Source: an uncultured Acidimicrobiaceae bacterium
GTDB taxonomy: Bacteria; Actinomycetota; Acidimicrobiia; Acidimicrobiales; Bog-793
Direction of reading: 5' to 3'
DNA: 64,000 nt
Assembly: GCA_963725215.1 (NCBI GenBank)
Contig: CAVRXQ010000006.1
Location: forward strand, 2,469 to 66,468
Shown here: piece after piece, positions 10,622-20,912 of the stretch
How the letters are laid out: each line of letters opens with the position of its first letter
How positions within the stretch are numbered: the stretch's first letter is position 1
Position numbers and translations under genes: made by a program
Notes under the pieces: generated by a model
The model's input: only the letters and a program-made list of their open reading frames with translations
The model's database searches: none
What the model was told of the DNA's origin: nothing

Positions 10622-11572
10622 GTGCGTGCGCTCGTCACCGGGGGGTCGGGATTCATCGGCTCGCACCTCGTCGAACGGCTGCTGAGGGAGGGCCACTCGG
10701 TCGAGGTGGTCGACGACTTTTCGTCAGGCTCGCTCGCCAACTTGGCCGAGGCGCGAGCTCTGCACAAGGACTTACGGATCCATCAAGCCGACGTGCGCGA
10801 CCTGACGGTCACCGAGCTCATCGAACGACGCCAACCCGAGGTGGTCTTTCATCTTGCTGCCCAACCGAACGTCGTGACCTCGATCGCCGATCCAGGATTC
10901 GACGCCGAGGTGAACGTGGTCGGCAGCGTGCGGGTCATCGAAGGCGCGCTGCGCGCCGGCGCGAAAAAGGTGGTCTACGCCGCGAGCGGAGGGACGCTGT
11001 ACGGCGAGGCGCGCCGTGCGGCCGAGGAAACCCAGTTGTATCGGCCGCTCTCTCCGTACGGGGTCGCGAAGAAGGTCGTTATCGACTATCTCTTCGCCTA
11101 CCGCGAGCGTTGCGATCTCGAGTTCACCGCGCTCGCGTTGGCGAACGTCTACGGACCGCGCCAGCGGCCGGACGGCGAGGCCGGCGTCGTGGCGAAGTTC
11201 GCTTCGGAGGTCGTCGCCGGCACCCCTTCGGTGATCGACGGTGACGGTTCCCAAGTCCGCGACTTCGTCTACGTCGACGACGCGATAGACGCGTTCGTGC
11301 GCGCCTCGTCGAAGGGAGGCGGGTTGGTCTGCAACGTCGGAACGGGGAAGGGGACGACGATCAAGCGGCTGTACAGCCTGATGTCGGACGTCGCCGGTTC
11401 CAAGGTTCCGCCTTTCTTCGGGCCGCCGAGGCCAGGAGATTTGCGGGCGAGCGTGCTCTCGCCGGAGCGCTCCCGCCTGCACCTCGGATGGAGTCCATTC
11501 ACCTCGCTTCGCGAGGGGATTACCGCCACGCTCGCGGATGCGGCGAAGATCTCCGAAGGCGCGAAGGCGTGA
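10622..11572 (+). CDS. NAD-dependent epimerase/dehydratase (GalE1-like)
   Basis: LVTGGSGFIGSH, HLAAQ, SPYGVAK, ANVYGPRQ, RDFVYVDD. Confidence 0.88.
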   Translation: MRALVTGGSGFIGSHLVERLLREGHSVEVVDDFSSGSLANLAEARALHKDLRIHQADVRDLTVTELIERRQPEVVFHLAAQPNVVTSIADPGFDAEVNVVGSVRVIEGALRAGAKKVVYAASGGTLYGEARRAAEETQLYRPLSPYGVAKKVVIDYLFAYRERCDLEFTALALANVYGPRQRPDGEAGVVAKFASEVVAGTPSVIDGDGSQVRDFVYVDDAIDAFVRASSKGGGLVCNVGTGKGTTIKRLYSLMSDVAGSKVPPFFGPPRPGDLRASVLSPERSRLHLGWSPFTSLREGITATLADAAKISEGAKA

Positions 11573-12501
11573 TCGCGGTCCTCGCCGGCGGAGTCGGCGC
11601 GGCGAAGTTCCTCCAGGGCCTGGTCCGCGTCGTCCCGGAGTCGGATCTGGTCGTCATCGGTAACACCGGCGACGACGCGGTCATCCACGGGCTCCACATC
11701 AGCCCAGATCTCGACACGGTCACGTATGCCTTGGCGGGAGCGTCGAACCCCGAGACCGGATGGGGAATCGCCGGTGACTCCTTCCGCACGATGGACGCGC
11801 TCGACCGCTACGGAGCGGCGACGTGGTTCCGGCTCGGCGACCTCGACATCGCGACGCACCTGTACCGAAGCGAGCGCCTCGCCTCGGGGGCGACCTTGTC
11901 TCAGGTGACCGCAGAGATCGTCCGGGCCTGGGGGGTCGGCTTTTCTCTACTTCCGATGTCCGACGATCCGGTGCGCACGGTGATCACGTTGCAATCAGGC
12001 GACGTCGTCGACTTCCAGGAGTACTTCGTCCATCGTCGCCATTCCGAGCCGGTGCGCACGGTGGACTTTTCCGGCCTGTCGAACGCGGGCGCCGCTCCCG
12101 GCGTGATCGAAGCGCTCGAAGGTGCCGAAGCGATCCTGCTCGCGCCGTCGAACCCGGTCCTGTCACTCGGTCCGATCCTCGCTGTTGCGGGCGTGGACGA
12201 GACGTTGCGCAATCGCCGGAGCGACGTCGTGGCGATCTCGCCGATCGTCGCCGGTCACGCGCTGAAGGGCCCGGCGGACCACCTGTTGGAAGAACTCGGT
12301 CACGAGGCGTCTGCACTAGGCGTCGCCCGACTTCTCGCTCCGGTCGCCGGAAACTTCGTCCTGGACGTGGAAGACGCCAGCCTCGAATCCTCGATAACGA
12401 GCCTTGATATGCACTCACTCATCACCGAGACCGTGATGGGGACCCCAAAGATCGCAACGCAACTCGCACAACGAACGCTCGAATTCGCGAGGAAGACGTG
12501 A
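11569..12501 (+). CDS. cofD: 2-phospho-L-lactate/phosphoenolpyruvate transferase (F420 biosynthesis)
   Basis: [60 protein letters not shown]; GTG 11569 overlaps upstream stop. Confidence 0.93.
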   Translation: MIAVLAGGVGAAKFLQGLVRVVPESDLVVIGNTGDDAVIHGLHISPDLDTVTYALAGASNPETGWGIAGDSFRTMDALDRYGAATWFRLGDLDIATHLYRSERLASGATLSQVTAEIVRAWGVGFSLLPMSDDPVRTVITLQSGDVVDFQEYFVHRRHSEPVRTVDFSGLSNAGAAPGVIEALEGAEAILLAPSNPVLSLGPILAVAGVDETLRNRRSDVVAISPIVAGHALKGPADHLLEELGHEASALGVARLLAPVAGNFVLDVEDASLESSITSLDMHSLITETVMGTPKIATQLAQRTLEFARKT

Positions 12502-13205
12502 CGTCTGCGTCCCGCCTCACGGTCATCCCGGTCGATGGGCTCCCCGAGATCACTCCGCGCACGCGACTCGGCGACGTCGTCGCGGCGATCGATGAACTGT
12601 CTGAGGGGGACGTCGTCGTCGTCACCCAAAAGATCGTCTCGAAGGCCGAGGGCCGAATCGTCGCCGTCGATCCGGATGACAAGGAGGCGAAGCGGACCCT
12701 CGCTGAATCCGAAGCTGTGCGGATTCTCCGGCGGCGGGGAGACCTCGTCGTCACCGAAACCCGTCACGGCTTCATCTGCGCGAACTCAGGCGTCGACTTG
12801 TCGAACGTCGAGGGTAACAATGCGGTCCTGTTGCCTGTCGATCCCGACCGCTCGGCGCGCAAGATCCGCGACATCGTGCGTGCGAAACGCGGGCTCGAGA
12901 TCGGTGTGATCATTTCCGACACCTTCGGTCGTCCGTGGAGGCGCGGTCTCGTTGACGTGGCGATCGGATGCGCCGGGATTGCGGCGGTCGTCGATCTGCG
13001 CGGCGAGGTTGACGGGACAGGGCGGGAACTCGTGGCGACGGAAATGTGCGTCGCGGATGAGATCGCGGCAGCCGCCGAGCTCGTGATGGGCAAAGCCGCT
13101 CACGTTCCGATCGCCATCGTGCGCGGGATCGATTCGTCGTGGTTGCGAGAAGCGTCCGTCGCGGACGAGATCGTGCGGTCGTACGCGGAGGACCTGTTTC
13201 GGTGA
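12498..13205 (+). CDS. cofE: Coenzyme F420-0:L-glutamate ligase (stand-alone, no nitroreductase domain)
   Basis: GDVVVVTQKIVSKAEGR, ANSGVDLSN, LLPVDPDRSA, ISDTFGRPWRRG, DEIAAAAELVMGK. Confidence 0.93.
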   Translation: MTSASRLTVIPVDGLPEITPRTRLGDVVAAIDELSEGDVVVVTQKIVSKAEGRIVAVDPDDKEAKRTLAESEAVRILRRRGDLVVTETRHGFICANSGVDLSNVEGNNAVLLPVDPDRSARKIRDIVRAKRGLEIGVIISDTFGRPWRRGLVDVAIGCAGIAAVVDLRGEVDGTGRELVATEMCVADEIAAAAELVMGKAAHVPIAIVRGIDSSWLREASVADEIVRSYAEDLFR

Positions 13206-14332
13206 GCAACAAAGAGGCGGTGGAAACCGAGGGGCAGCAAGGACTTGACGTCGCGATCGTCGCCGAGCCTCTTCGTCGGCCGGTGTCCGGAGGGATCGGC
13301 ACGTATACGAGATCGCTCGTCAAAGCGCTCGCCGCGGCGCCCGGGGAGCACCAGGTGCGCTGTCGCCTCGTCGCGTCGCGCGCGCCGCGACTGCCCGATC
13401 CGTTGGAACAGATCGGTGTTCCGGTGGCGGCGATGGCGCTTCCGAGCGCACTTCTCGTTCGGGCGTGGGACCTCGGGTTCGCGCGCGTCGGGCGCGGCAG
13501 CGACGTAGTTCACGCGGTCTCGCTGATGGTTCCGCCTTCATCGGCGCCGTTATCGGTCGCGCTGCACGACATCGCGTTCAGGTCCGTCCCCGACGCGTTC
13601 CCGCCGCAAGGTCTCGCCTGGCACGAGCGCGCGTTGCGTCGCGTCGCCCGCCGAGCGCAGTTGGTGATCGTGCCCTCGCTGACGACAAAAGAGGCGCTCA
13701 TCGACGCGCGGCTCCGTCTGGAGGACCGCATCGTCGTCATTGAATACGGGGCGGACCACCTCCCTCCGCCAGACGAGGCCGCCACCGAGGCGGTCCTACG
13801 TCGGCTCGGGGTGGAAGGGGAGTACCTGCTCGCAGTGGGCACGTTGGAGCCGCGGAAGAACCTCCGCCGCCTCGTCGCGGCGTACGAAAGCGCACGGAGC
13901 GAGCTTCCCGGTCCCGCACCGCTCGTCGTCGTCGGCCCGTACGGATGGGGGCGGGGGAGGCCCGAACACTCGCCCGGCGTCGTGTTCGCCGGTGCGGTGA
14001 CCGACCCCGTGCTCGCCGGGCTGTACCGGCGCGCGCTCGCGTGCTGTTACGTGCCGCTCGTCGAGGGGTTCGGCTTCCCCGTCGTCGAAGCGATGCGGCT
14101 CGGAACGCCAGTCGTTGCCTCCGCCGTACCGAGCTCGGGAGGTGCGGCCCTCGAGGTCGACCCGCTCGACGTCGACGCGATGGGCGACGCATTGGTGCGC
14201 GTGACGAACGACCAAGGCTTGCGAGCCCGGCTCGCCGATTCCGGGTCCGCGCGGGCATCCGCGCTGACGTGGGCGGCGACCGCATCGGCCCACGCGCGCG
14301 CTTGGCGAGAGCGCTTGGGGAGGCGCCCGTGA
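13202..14332 (+). CDS. GT4 glycosyltransferase
   Basis: GGIGTYT, LHDIAF, VGTLEPRKN, EGFGFPVVEAM; start trimmed to GTG 13202. Confidence 0.88.
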   Translation: MSNKEAVETEGQQGLDVAIVAEPLRRPVSGGIGTYTRSLVKALAAAPGEHQVRCRLVASRAPRLPDPLEQIGVPVAAMALPSALLVRAWDLGFARVGRGSDVVHAVSLMVPPSSAPLSVALHDIAFRSVPDAFPPQGLAWHERALRRVARRAQLVIVPSLTTKEALIDARLRLEDRIVVIEYGADHLPPPDEAATEAVLRRLGVEGEYLLAVGTLEPRKNLRRLVAAYESARSELPGPAPLVVVGPYGWGRGRPEHSPGVVFAGAVTDPVLAGLYRRALACCYVPLVEGFGFPVVEAMRLGTPVVASAVPSSGGAALEVDPLDVDAMGDALVRVTNDQGLRARLADSGSARASALTWAATASAHARAWRERLGRRP

Positions 14333-15483
14333 ACGCACCACGGAACCCCGTCCGCTCGCCGGAGGTCGTGATCGACGTCTCGGCGATCCCAAACGAGCTC
14401 TCGGGCGCCGGGCGCTACATCTGGTACGTGACTTCTGGTCTTGCGGCGCGCGATTCGCTCGTCGTCGATCTCGTGACGCGACGCTCCGACGCAACGAGGT
14501 GGCGAAGCGCGATGCCTCGCGCTCGTTGCGCGTCGGCGGCCCCTGACGGCACGGCCGCGCGCGTCGCGTTCGGCGAATTCGGGCTCTCAACGACGATCGC
14601 GCGGAGTTTCCCGGGCGCACAGGTTTTCTTCGGGCCGCACTACACGATGCCAAAGCGACTTCGGATCCCGGCCGTCGTGACGATTCACGATCTCACGTTG
14701 ATCGAGAATCCCGAGTGGCACGAACGTGTGAAGAGCGCATATTTCCGTCACGCGATCGCGTACGCGGCGCGCCATGCCGCAGAGCTCATATGCGTGAGCG
14801 AACGCACCGCCGCGCGGTTGCGTGCGCTCACGCGCCCACGCGGCGAAGTGCGAGTCGTTCCGCACGGCGTCGACAACGCGCACTTCAGTCCGGACGAACC
14901 GACCGTCGGCTTCGATGCCGCTGTCTGCGCTCGACTTGGCATCAATTCGCCGTACCTGTTGCACGTCGGGACGCTCGAGCCGCGAAAGAACGTACCCGGA
15001 CTGATCGCGGCGTTCGACGCGATCGCGGACGAAGACAAGGAGCTCTCATTGGTGCTCGCCGGTGTCCCCGCATGGGGAGCGAAGGACGCGCGCCGCGCCG
15101 CGCAGCGCGCACGCGCTGGGTCGCGAGTCATGGTTCTCGGGTTCGTCGATTATGACGATCTCCCCCCGTTGTTGCGCCGTGCCACTGTGCTCGCGTACCC
15201 GTCGTTCTCCGAAGGCTTCGGTCTGCCGGCGCTCGAGGCACTCGCATGCGGGGTGCCGCTCGTGACCTCGAACGACACGGTGATGGCAGATCTCGCGGGC
15301 GACGCCGCGGTGCTCGTCGACCCGCACGATGTGACGTCGATTGCCAAAGGACTCGAAATCGCGACTCACGTCGACGCCGGGGCGGCCACGCGCCGGGCGC
15401 GTGGCCTCGAAGTGGCAAGCGCATTTACATGGAAACGGTCGATTGACGGCCATCTCGATGCGCTGGTCGCCGCTACTCGTTAG
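14329..15483 (+). CDS. GT4 glycosyltransferase
   Basis: SGAGRY, VTIHDL, VGTLEPRKN, EGFGLPALEALACG; start trimmed to GTG 14329. Confidence 0.88.
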   Translation: MNAPRNPVRSPEVVIDVSAIPNELSGAGRYIWYVTSGLAARDSLVVDLVTRRSDATRWRSAMPRARCASAAPDGTAARVAFGEFGLSTTIARSFPGAQVFFGPHYTMPKRLRIPAVVTIHDLTLIENPEWHERVKSAYFRHAIAYAARHAAELICVSERTAARLRALTRPRGEVRVVPHGVDNAHFSPDEPTVGFDAAVCARLGINSPYLLHVGTLEPRKNVPGLIAAFDAIADEDKELSLVLAGVPAWGAKDARRAAQRARAGSRVMVLGFVDYDDLPPLLRRATVLAYPSFSEGFGLPALEALACGVPLVTSNDTVMADLAGDAAVLVDPHDVTSIAKGLEIATHVDAGAATRRARGLEVASAFTWKRSIDGHLDALVAATR

Positions 15484-15505
15484 CTTCGGGGACAGTGGAG
15501 GTGAC

Positions 15506-16393
15506 GTGCGCGCGTTTGTGACAGGGGGGTCCGGCTTCGTCGGCACCTGGTTGATCCGCCATCTCGAGGAGATGGGGGACGAGACCGCCGCGCTCCGCGA
15601 GGGGGTCGACGTCACCGATGGCCCGGCTGTAGACCGGGAAGTCGCCGCTTTCCGCCCCGACGTCGTCTACCACCTTGCCGCGTTGACCCACGTCGGCGAT
15701 TCCTGGGTGGCCCCCGAAGCCACGTTCCGTGTCAACGCGATGGGGACGCTTTCGGTGCTTGAAGCGGCGCGCAAGGCCGAGTCCTCCCCGCGGGTCGTGC
15801 TGGTGAGCTCCGCGGAGGTCTACGGGCCGGCATCGTCGGGGCCGATCGACGAGACGATGCCGCTGTGCCCGGTCACCCCGTACGCGGCGAGCAAGGTCGC
15901 GGCGGAGTACCTCGGGCTGCAAGCACATCTCGGACGAGGGCTCGAGGTCATTCGGGCGCGGCCGTTCAATCACGTCGGTCCGGGTCAGTCACCGAACTTC
16001 GTCATCGCCGCGCTCGCGAAGCGAGTCGTCGAAGCAGAGCGCGCCGGTGCGCTCGAGGTGAGCGTCGGTGACTTGAGTCCGGCTCGTGATTTCACCGACG
16101 TGCGCGACGTCGTGCGCGCGTACCGGCTGCTCGCGGAATCAGGCGAGTCGGGCGAGGTCTACAACGTCTGCTCCGGAGAGGCGATCGCGATCTCCACGAT
16201 CTTCGAGGAGCTGGTCGCGCTCGGAGACCACCAAGTAAAAGCGGTCGTCGATCCTGCTCTTTTACGGCCGGTCGATGTCCCGCTGCTCGTCGGCGACGCG
16301 ACGAAGCTCGCCTCTTTAACGGGATGGTCGCGCACGATCCCTCTCGAGACGACGCTGAAAGACGTCCTGCTGGACGCGAGAAGTCGCTGGTAA
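15506..16393 (+). CDS. GDP-mannose dehydratase/GDP-6-deoxyhexulose reductase (Rmd-like) SDR
   Basis: FVTGGSGFVG, HLAA, SSAEVYG, PYAASK, RPFNHVGPGQ, RDFTDVRDVV; GGAGG upstream of GTG 15506. Confidence 0.8.
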   Translation: MRAFVTGGSGFVGTWLIRHLEEMGDETAALREGVDVTDGPAVDREVAAFRPDVVYHLAALTHVGDSWVAPEATFRVNAMGTLSVLEAARKAESSPRVVLVSSAEVYGPASSGPIDETMPLCPVTPYAASKVAAEYLGLQAHLGRGLEVIRARPFNHVGPGQSPNFVIAALAKRVVEAERAGALEVSVGDLSPARDFTDVRDVVRAYRLLAESGESGEVYNVCSGEAIAISTIFEELVALGDHQVKAVVDPALLRPVDVPLLVGDATKLASLTGWSRTIPLETTLKDVLLDARSRW

Positions 16394-16404
16394 GAAGATC
16401 GTTT

Positions 16405-16422
16405 TGAAAGGGGAGACCTTTC
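16405..16422. promoter_or_regulatory. Perfect inverted repeat TGAAAGG-GAGA-CCTTTCA (GNRA hairpin or operator)
   Basis: 7-bp perfect arms around GAGA in the gap before the giant GT2 gene; function unknown. Confidence 0.4.
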
Positions 16423-16470
16423 ACCTGGACCTTCAGGCGGTCTGAGCCCTCCGAGTAGCCTGTCCCGCCG

Positions 16471-19428
16471 ATGCCGGAGGATCACGCACCACCGGTCGTC
16501 GCGGTCGTCGTCGCCTCCGATTCCGGGCCATGGCTCGAGCAGACGCTCGTGTCGATCGCCCGCCAGGACTACGACAACCTGACGACGATCGTCGTCGACG
16601 CGGGGAGCGGACGCTCCCTCGCGCCGCGCGTGGCCAAGGTCACCCCGGCCTTTTATTTCGCGCGCCTCGAGGAGAACCGGGGCTATGGACCCTCCGCGAA
16701 CGCCGTCCTCGGCCTTGCCGAGGGCGCGGCGTACTACTTGTTCTGCCACGACGACGTGGTGCTCGAACCCGGTGTCACCCGACGACTGGTCGAAGAGGCT
16801 TTCCGGTCGAACGCTGGCATCGTCGGACCGAAGCTCGTCGACCCGGACGAGCCGGACAGGATCTTGCAGCTCGGGTTGGACATGGATCGCTTCGGCGCGC
16901 CGATGCGAAGGGTCGAACGGCGCGAGTTCGACCAGGCGCAACACGACGAGGCGCGCGAGGTCTTCGCCGTTCCCGGCGGATGCATGCTCGTGCGCGCCGA
17001 CTTGTTCGAGACGATCGGCGGGTTCGACGAACAGATCTCGATGTTCGGAGAGGACATCGATCTCGCCTGGCGGGCGCGCATCGCCGGCGCGCGCGTTGCG
17101 ATCACCCCGCTCGCGACGGTCGGACACCTCGAGGCGACGGCCGCACGGCGGAGACCGCTGCCAGAGGCGCGAGCGCTTCAGTGGCGTCACGAGCTGCGCG
17201 CGGTGTTGAAGAACTACTCCCCGACAAGGCGCTCACGAGTCGTCGCGCAGTTGATGATGTTGAGTCTCCTCGAGGTCGTGTATTTCGCCGCGATCGGCCG
17301 CTCGAGACGCGCCCGCGAAGTGATCGACGCGTGGCGGTGGAACTTCGCTCGCGAGCGCGACCTGCACGAGGCGCGGGCAGAGGTCGCAAAGACGAGGAGA
17401 CTGCCGGACCGGATCGTGCTCCGGCTCGCGACCCGCAGCTCGTTCCGCTTCTTGCGCGCCGCCCGATCGAGTCTCGAGGCTGCCGTCGTTCGTCACAGCG
17501 TGCGGCGCGACATGAAGCTGCATCCCGCGGGCCGCGCCACCGAAGCTGTTCCGCGTCCGCGGTCGGTGACGATCGGTGCCGTCGTCGCGGGGGCAGTGAT
17601 CCTCATCGGCTCGCGGCTGTTGATCGTCGGTCATCTCCCGTTGATCGGGACGTACCTGCCGTTGCCGGGGCCGGGCAAGCTACTCGCCGACTATCTCGGG
17701 GGATCCTCCGGGCCGGGCAACGGACCGGTCGGCCCGGTCTCGCCGGCGTACGCCTTCATGGGTCTCGTCGGATTGGTGTTGGGCGGGGCGATGGGCGCCG
17801 TCGTGAAACTGGCGATGGTCGCTGCCGTCGTCGCCGGGGCGTTCGGAGTGGCGAGGCTCGTGCGACCGCTCGGATCCCCGCTCGCGCGACTCGCCGCCGC
17901 GGTTGCCTATCTGTTCCTTCCGCTGCTCGCCGACGACTTGGGCCGAGCGTCGCTGCCGTCGCTCGCGGTCTACGGCGTGATGCCGTTCATCGTGAAGCGG
18001 CTCGCCGGCACGACCGGGCTCGAGCCGTACACAGAGGGAGAGGCGCGACTCTGGTCGCGTCCCTCGGCGCGCGATGTGCTCGTGCTCGGGATGCTCGTTG
18101 CGATCGCCGTCGCCTTCGCGCCGAGCGCGATCCTCGCAGTCGCGGCGTGCGCGGCGGGACTCTCGATCGTCTGTGCCCTGTCGGGATCGTGGCGAGCGGC
18201 CGGCAGGACGGTCGTCCTCACCGTCGCCGGCGGAGTCGTGGCGTTCGCGTTGTGCTTTCCCTGGTCGCTCACCTTCTTCCAACGCGGTGCGAGCGCCTCG
18301 GTGCTGCTCGGCACCCAGCAGACAGGCACCGGCGTCGCCGACTTGGCGGCTCTCGCCCGATTCGATCTCGGTCCGATCGGTCACAGCCCGCTCGCGTACG
18401 GGCTGCTCGTCGCGTCGGCTTTCGTGCTCTTCGTAGGCGGCGCGCGCCGCTTCGCGTGGGGGGCGCGGTTTTGGGGCGCGGGGGTTGTTTCCCTCGGCGT
18501 CGCGTGGGCCGCGGGCGAGGGATTCCTCGCTCCCGGTGGTGGCGCCACGCGCACGCTCATCACGCCGGTCGCGGTCTGCGTCGCCGCGGCGATCGGCCTC
18601 GGCGTCGCCTCTTTGGAAGGAGAGGTCACCACGGCCCGCTTCGGCTGGCGGCACACCGCGAGCGCGGCGTTCGTTGTCATCGGACTGCTGGGCGTCCTCC
18701 CCGTTCTCGGCGAGAGCCCAGGGGGGAGGTGGAAGCTTCCAGAGACCGGGTACGACGCGGTCTTCTCGGGGCTCACGAACGCGAAGGGGGGGCTTCCCCG
18801 AGGGCGGGTGCTGTGGCTCGGCGCGCCGGGCGCGGTCCCGGGGAACGGCTGGCAGCTCCGACCCGGCTTCGAGGAGATGCTCTCCTTGTCGCTCCTCCCG
18901 AGTGCGACGGCGATCTATCCGAGCGCGAACCCCGGCACGGCGAGGGAGATCGGCGGGGCCGTCGCCGACGCCGAGCTCGGCCGGACCGTCGAGCTCGGGG
19001 CGCTGCTCGCCCGTGAACGGATCGGTGCGATCGTCGTGCCGAACTCGTTCGCCCCTCAACTCGTGATCGCCACGACCCAGAACCTTGCGCCTCCCCCCGC
19101 CGACCTCGTCACCGCGCTGCAGAACCAACAGGACCTGCGCGAGCTCCCGAGCGAGGGCGGCGTGATGCTGTTCGAGAACGTGGATTTGGCGCCGAGCGGC
19201 CAGCGTCTGCGTCCACTCCTGGTTGGAGCGGTGCCAAAGGGTTCGACGCCGGCGGTGCTGAGGACGCTCGGCGTCGCCCTCGCGATCGCGATCTGGTTCG
19301 CAATCGCCGTGCTGGCGTGGGCGAGGCGTCGTCGACAGGCGCGCTCGCGCCGACGGCACCGCGTGCCGGTGCCCGCGACGCCGGTCCTCGAGCACCCGCC
19401 GGTCCTCGTCGAATCGTCGGTCGGTTGA
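16471..19428 (+). CDS. Large GT2 glycosyltransferase fused to a multi-TM membrane domain
   Basis: N-terminal GT2 (VVVDAGS, NRGYG, CHDDV, PGGCMLVR, GEDIDL) followed by many hydrophobic helices; this architecture typically precedes DUF5719 in Actinobacteria. Confidence 0.85.
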   Translation: MPEDHAPPVVAVVVASDSGPWLEQTLVSIARQDYDNLTTIVVDAGSGRSLAPRVAKVTPAFYFARLEENRGYGPSANAVLGLAEGAAYYLFCHDDVVLEPGVTRRLVEEAFRSNAGIVGPKLVDPDEPDRILQLGLDMDRFGAPMRRVERREFDQAQHDEAREVFAVPGGCMLVRADLFETIGGFDEQISMFGEDIDLAWRARIAGARVAITPLATVGHLEATAARRRPLPEARALQWRHELRAVLKNYSPTRRSRVVAQLMMLSLLEVVYFAAIGRSRRAREVIDAWRWNFARERDLHEARAEVAKTRRLPDRIVLRLATRSSFRFLRAARSSLEAAVVRHSVRRDMKLHPAGRATEAVPRPRSVTIGAVVAGAVILIGSRLLIVGHLPLIGTYLPLPGPGKLLADYLGGSSGPGNGPVGPVSPAYAFMGLVGLVLGGAMGAVVKLAMVAAVVAGAFGVARLVRPLGSPLARLAAAVAYLFLPLLADDLGRASLPSLAVYGVMPFIVKRLAGTTGLEPYTEGEARLWSRPSARDVLVLGMLVAIAVAFAPSAILAVAACAAGLSIVCALSGSWRAAGRTVVLTVAGGVVAFALCFPWSLTFFQRGASASVLLGTQQTGTGVADLAALARFDLGPIGHSPLAYGLLVASAFVLFVGGARRFAWGARFWGAGVVSLGVAWAAGEGFLAPGGGATRTLITPVAVCVAAAIGLGVASLEGEVTTARFGWRHTASAAFVVIGLLGVLPVLGESPGGRWKLPETGYDAVFSGLTNAKGGLPRGRVLWLGAPGAVPGNGWQLRPGFEEMLSLSLLPSATAIYPSANPGTAREIGGAVADAELGRTVELGALLARERIGAIVVPNSFAPQLVIATTQNLAPPPADLVTALQNQQDLRELPSEGGVMLFENVDLAPSGQRLRPLLVGAVPKGSTPAVLRTLGVALAIAIWFAIAVLAWARRRRQARSRRRHRVPVPATPVLEHPPVLVESSVG

Positions 19429-20912
19429 TGGTGCATCTCTCCGCGACGTCGCGACGAGCGGTCGTTTTGTCGACGCTTGCCGCATTGTGCGCGGCAGTGA
19501 TCGCAGCGAGCGTGACGGTCCACGCGCCGAAGGCCCGGGGCGCTCTGGCGTCGGATTCCCGCGCCGTCGCGAACATCACGGGCGCGACCTCGTCGATGTG
19601 GTCGTGCGCCGGCCCGCTGCCGGTCGGTGATGAGTCCGCGCTCTCGACGCTCGAGCTCGCGAACTCCTCGCACTCGCGGGTGCGCGCGGAGTACTCGTTC
19701 ACCACGGACGTCGACGCGTCGGCAACCGGGTGGGTCACCGTGACGCCCGGACGCGTCGTCGTCTTGCGGCCGCCTCCGGTGCCGCGCTCAGGTTTCGGTG
19801 CCGCCAACGTCGTCGCGCTCGGCAGGGGACTGAGCGTCGTCGAAGTCGTCCACGGACCAGCGGGCCCTGACGCCGCGGCGTGCGCACGCTCGACGTCGAC
19901 GACTTCGTACCTCGTCGCCGGAGACACGAGAAAGAACGACAACATCACGCTCTCGCTGTACGACCCCGGTGCAACCCCCGCGGTGGCGAGCGTGAGCGTC
20001 GCGACATCGAGCGGCGTGCAAACGCCGGCTGACCTGCAGGGGATCCCCGTCGGCGCACAACAGCTGGCGACCTACTCGATCGCGCAACGCGTCCCCTTCC
20101 AGTCGACGCTCGGGATCACCGTCCGGACCTCTGCCGGCAGCGTCGTCGTCGGCGGGCTGTCGTCTGTGACCGTCGGCCATACGGTCACAGACGCTCTCGA
20201 GCCGGCGATCGTCGATCCCTCGACGAAGTGGCTGTTCGCGTCGGCCCCGGCGGGTCCCGACGCCCAGCAGACGGTTGATCTCTTGAACCCGTCGCGGACG
20301 GTCGCGAAGGTCGCGGTCTTGGACTCGACGTCGGGAGGTACGGCGCGACTTCGCGTCTCCGTGCTCCCCGGATCCGTCGCCCGCGTCGCGCTTCCGACCG
20401 AGCCGACGACGAGGGCACTCGGCGCGGTCGAGGTCAACGCCCCGCGGGACACCCCGGTAGTCGCCGCGAGAACGACCGTCGTCGGAACGGTGATCCCCGC
20501 GGCGAACCTTGCCGAGCCGAACCCGTCTGTTCGCGCGAGGCGGGCGCTGTTCCTTGTTCCCCGCACCCCGATGGGCTACACGGTGACGAACGGCGCCGAT
20601 CAGGCCGTCAGGCGTTGGGTCGTCGGCGGGGGAGAGGAGGACAAGTCGTTCTCGACCGAGCTCGTCGTCACGAACCCGAACGCCCGTGCGGCGACCGTCG
20701 AGGTCCATCCCGCGGGCTCGAGTTCGGCCTGGATCTCGGGGCTCCTCGTGCGCGGGAACACGACGGCCGTCGTCGATTTCGCAGACCTCCACGCGGCGAC
20801 GGGCAGGTTCGCGCTCGACATCAGCGCGAGTGCGCCGGTGATCAGTACCGGGACGACCTACGCCAGCGGATCGACGGGCTTCACTTCGCCCGCGGCCATC
20901 CCCGACGACTGA
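19428..20912 (+). CDS. DUF5719-like membrane-anchored extracellular protein
   Basis: N-terminal TM, WSCAG, LELAN, LSLYDPG, DLLNP, LVVTNP beta-rich repeats; ATG overlaps the upstream TGA. Confidence 0.7.
   Translation: MVHLSATSRRAVVLSTLAALCAAVIAASVTVHAPKARGALASDSRAVANITGATSSMWSCAGPLPVGDESALSTLELANSSHSRVRAEYSFTTDVDASATGWVTVTPGRVVVLRPPPVPRSGFGAANVVALGRGLSVVEVVHGPAGPDAAACARSTSTTSYLVAGDTRKNDNITLSLYDPGATPAVASVSVATSSGVQTPADLQGIPVGAQQLATYSIAQRVPFQSTLGITVRTSAGSVVVGGLSSVTVGHTVTDALEPAIVDPSTKWLFASAPAGPDAQQTVDLLNPSRTVAKVAVLDSTSGGTARLRVSVLPGSVARVALPTEPTTRALGAVEVNAPRDTPVVAARTTVVGTVIPAANLAEPNPSVRARRALFLVPRTPMGYTVTNGADQAVRRWVVGGGEEDKSFSTELVVTNPNARAATVEVHPAGSSSAWISGLLVRGNTTAVVDFADLHAATGRFALDISASAPVISTGTTYASGSTGFTSPAAIPDD

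Noticed and set aside
16530-19485. Very long alternative ORFs (16530-19016 +, 17680-19485 -) over the GT2 gene
   Set aside because: Arg/Gly/Pro-rich, motif-free shadow frames expected at this GC content
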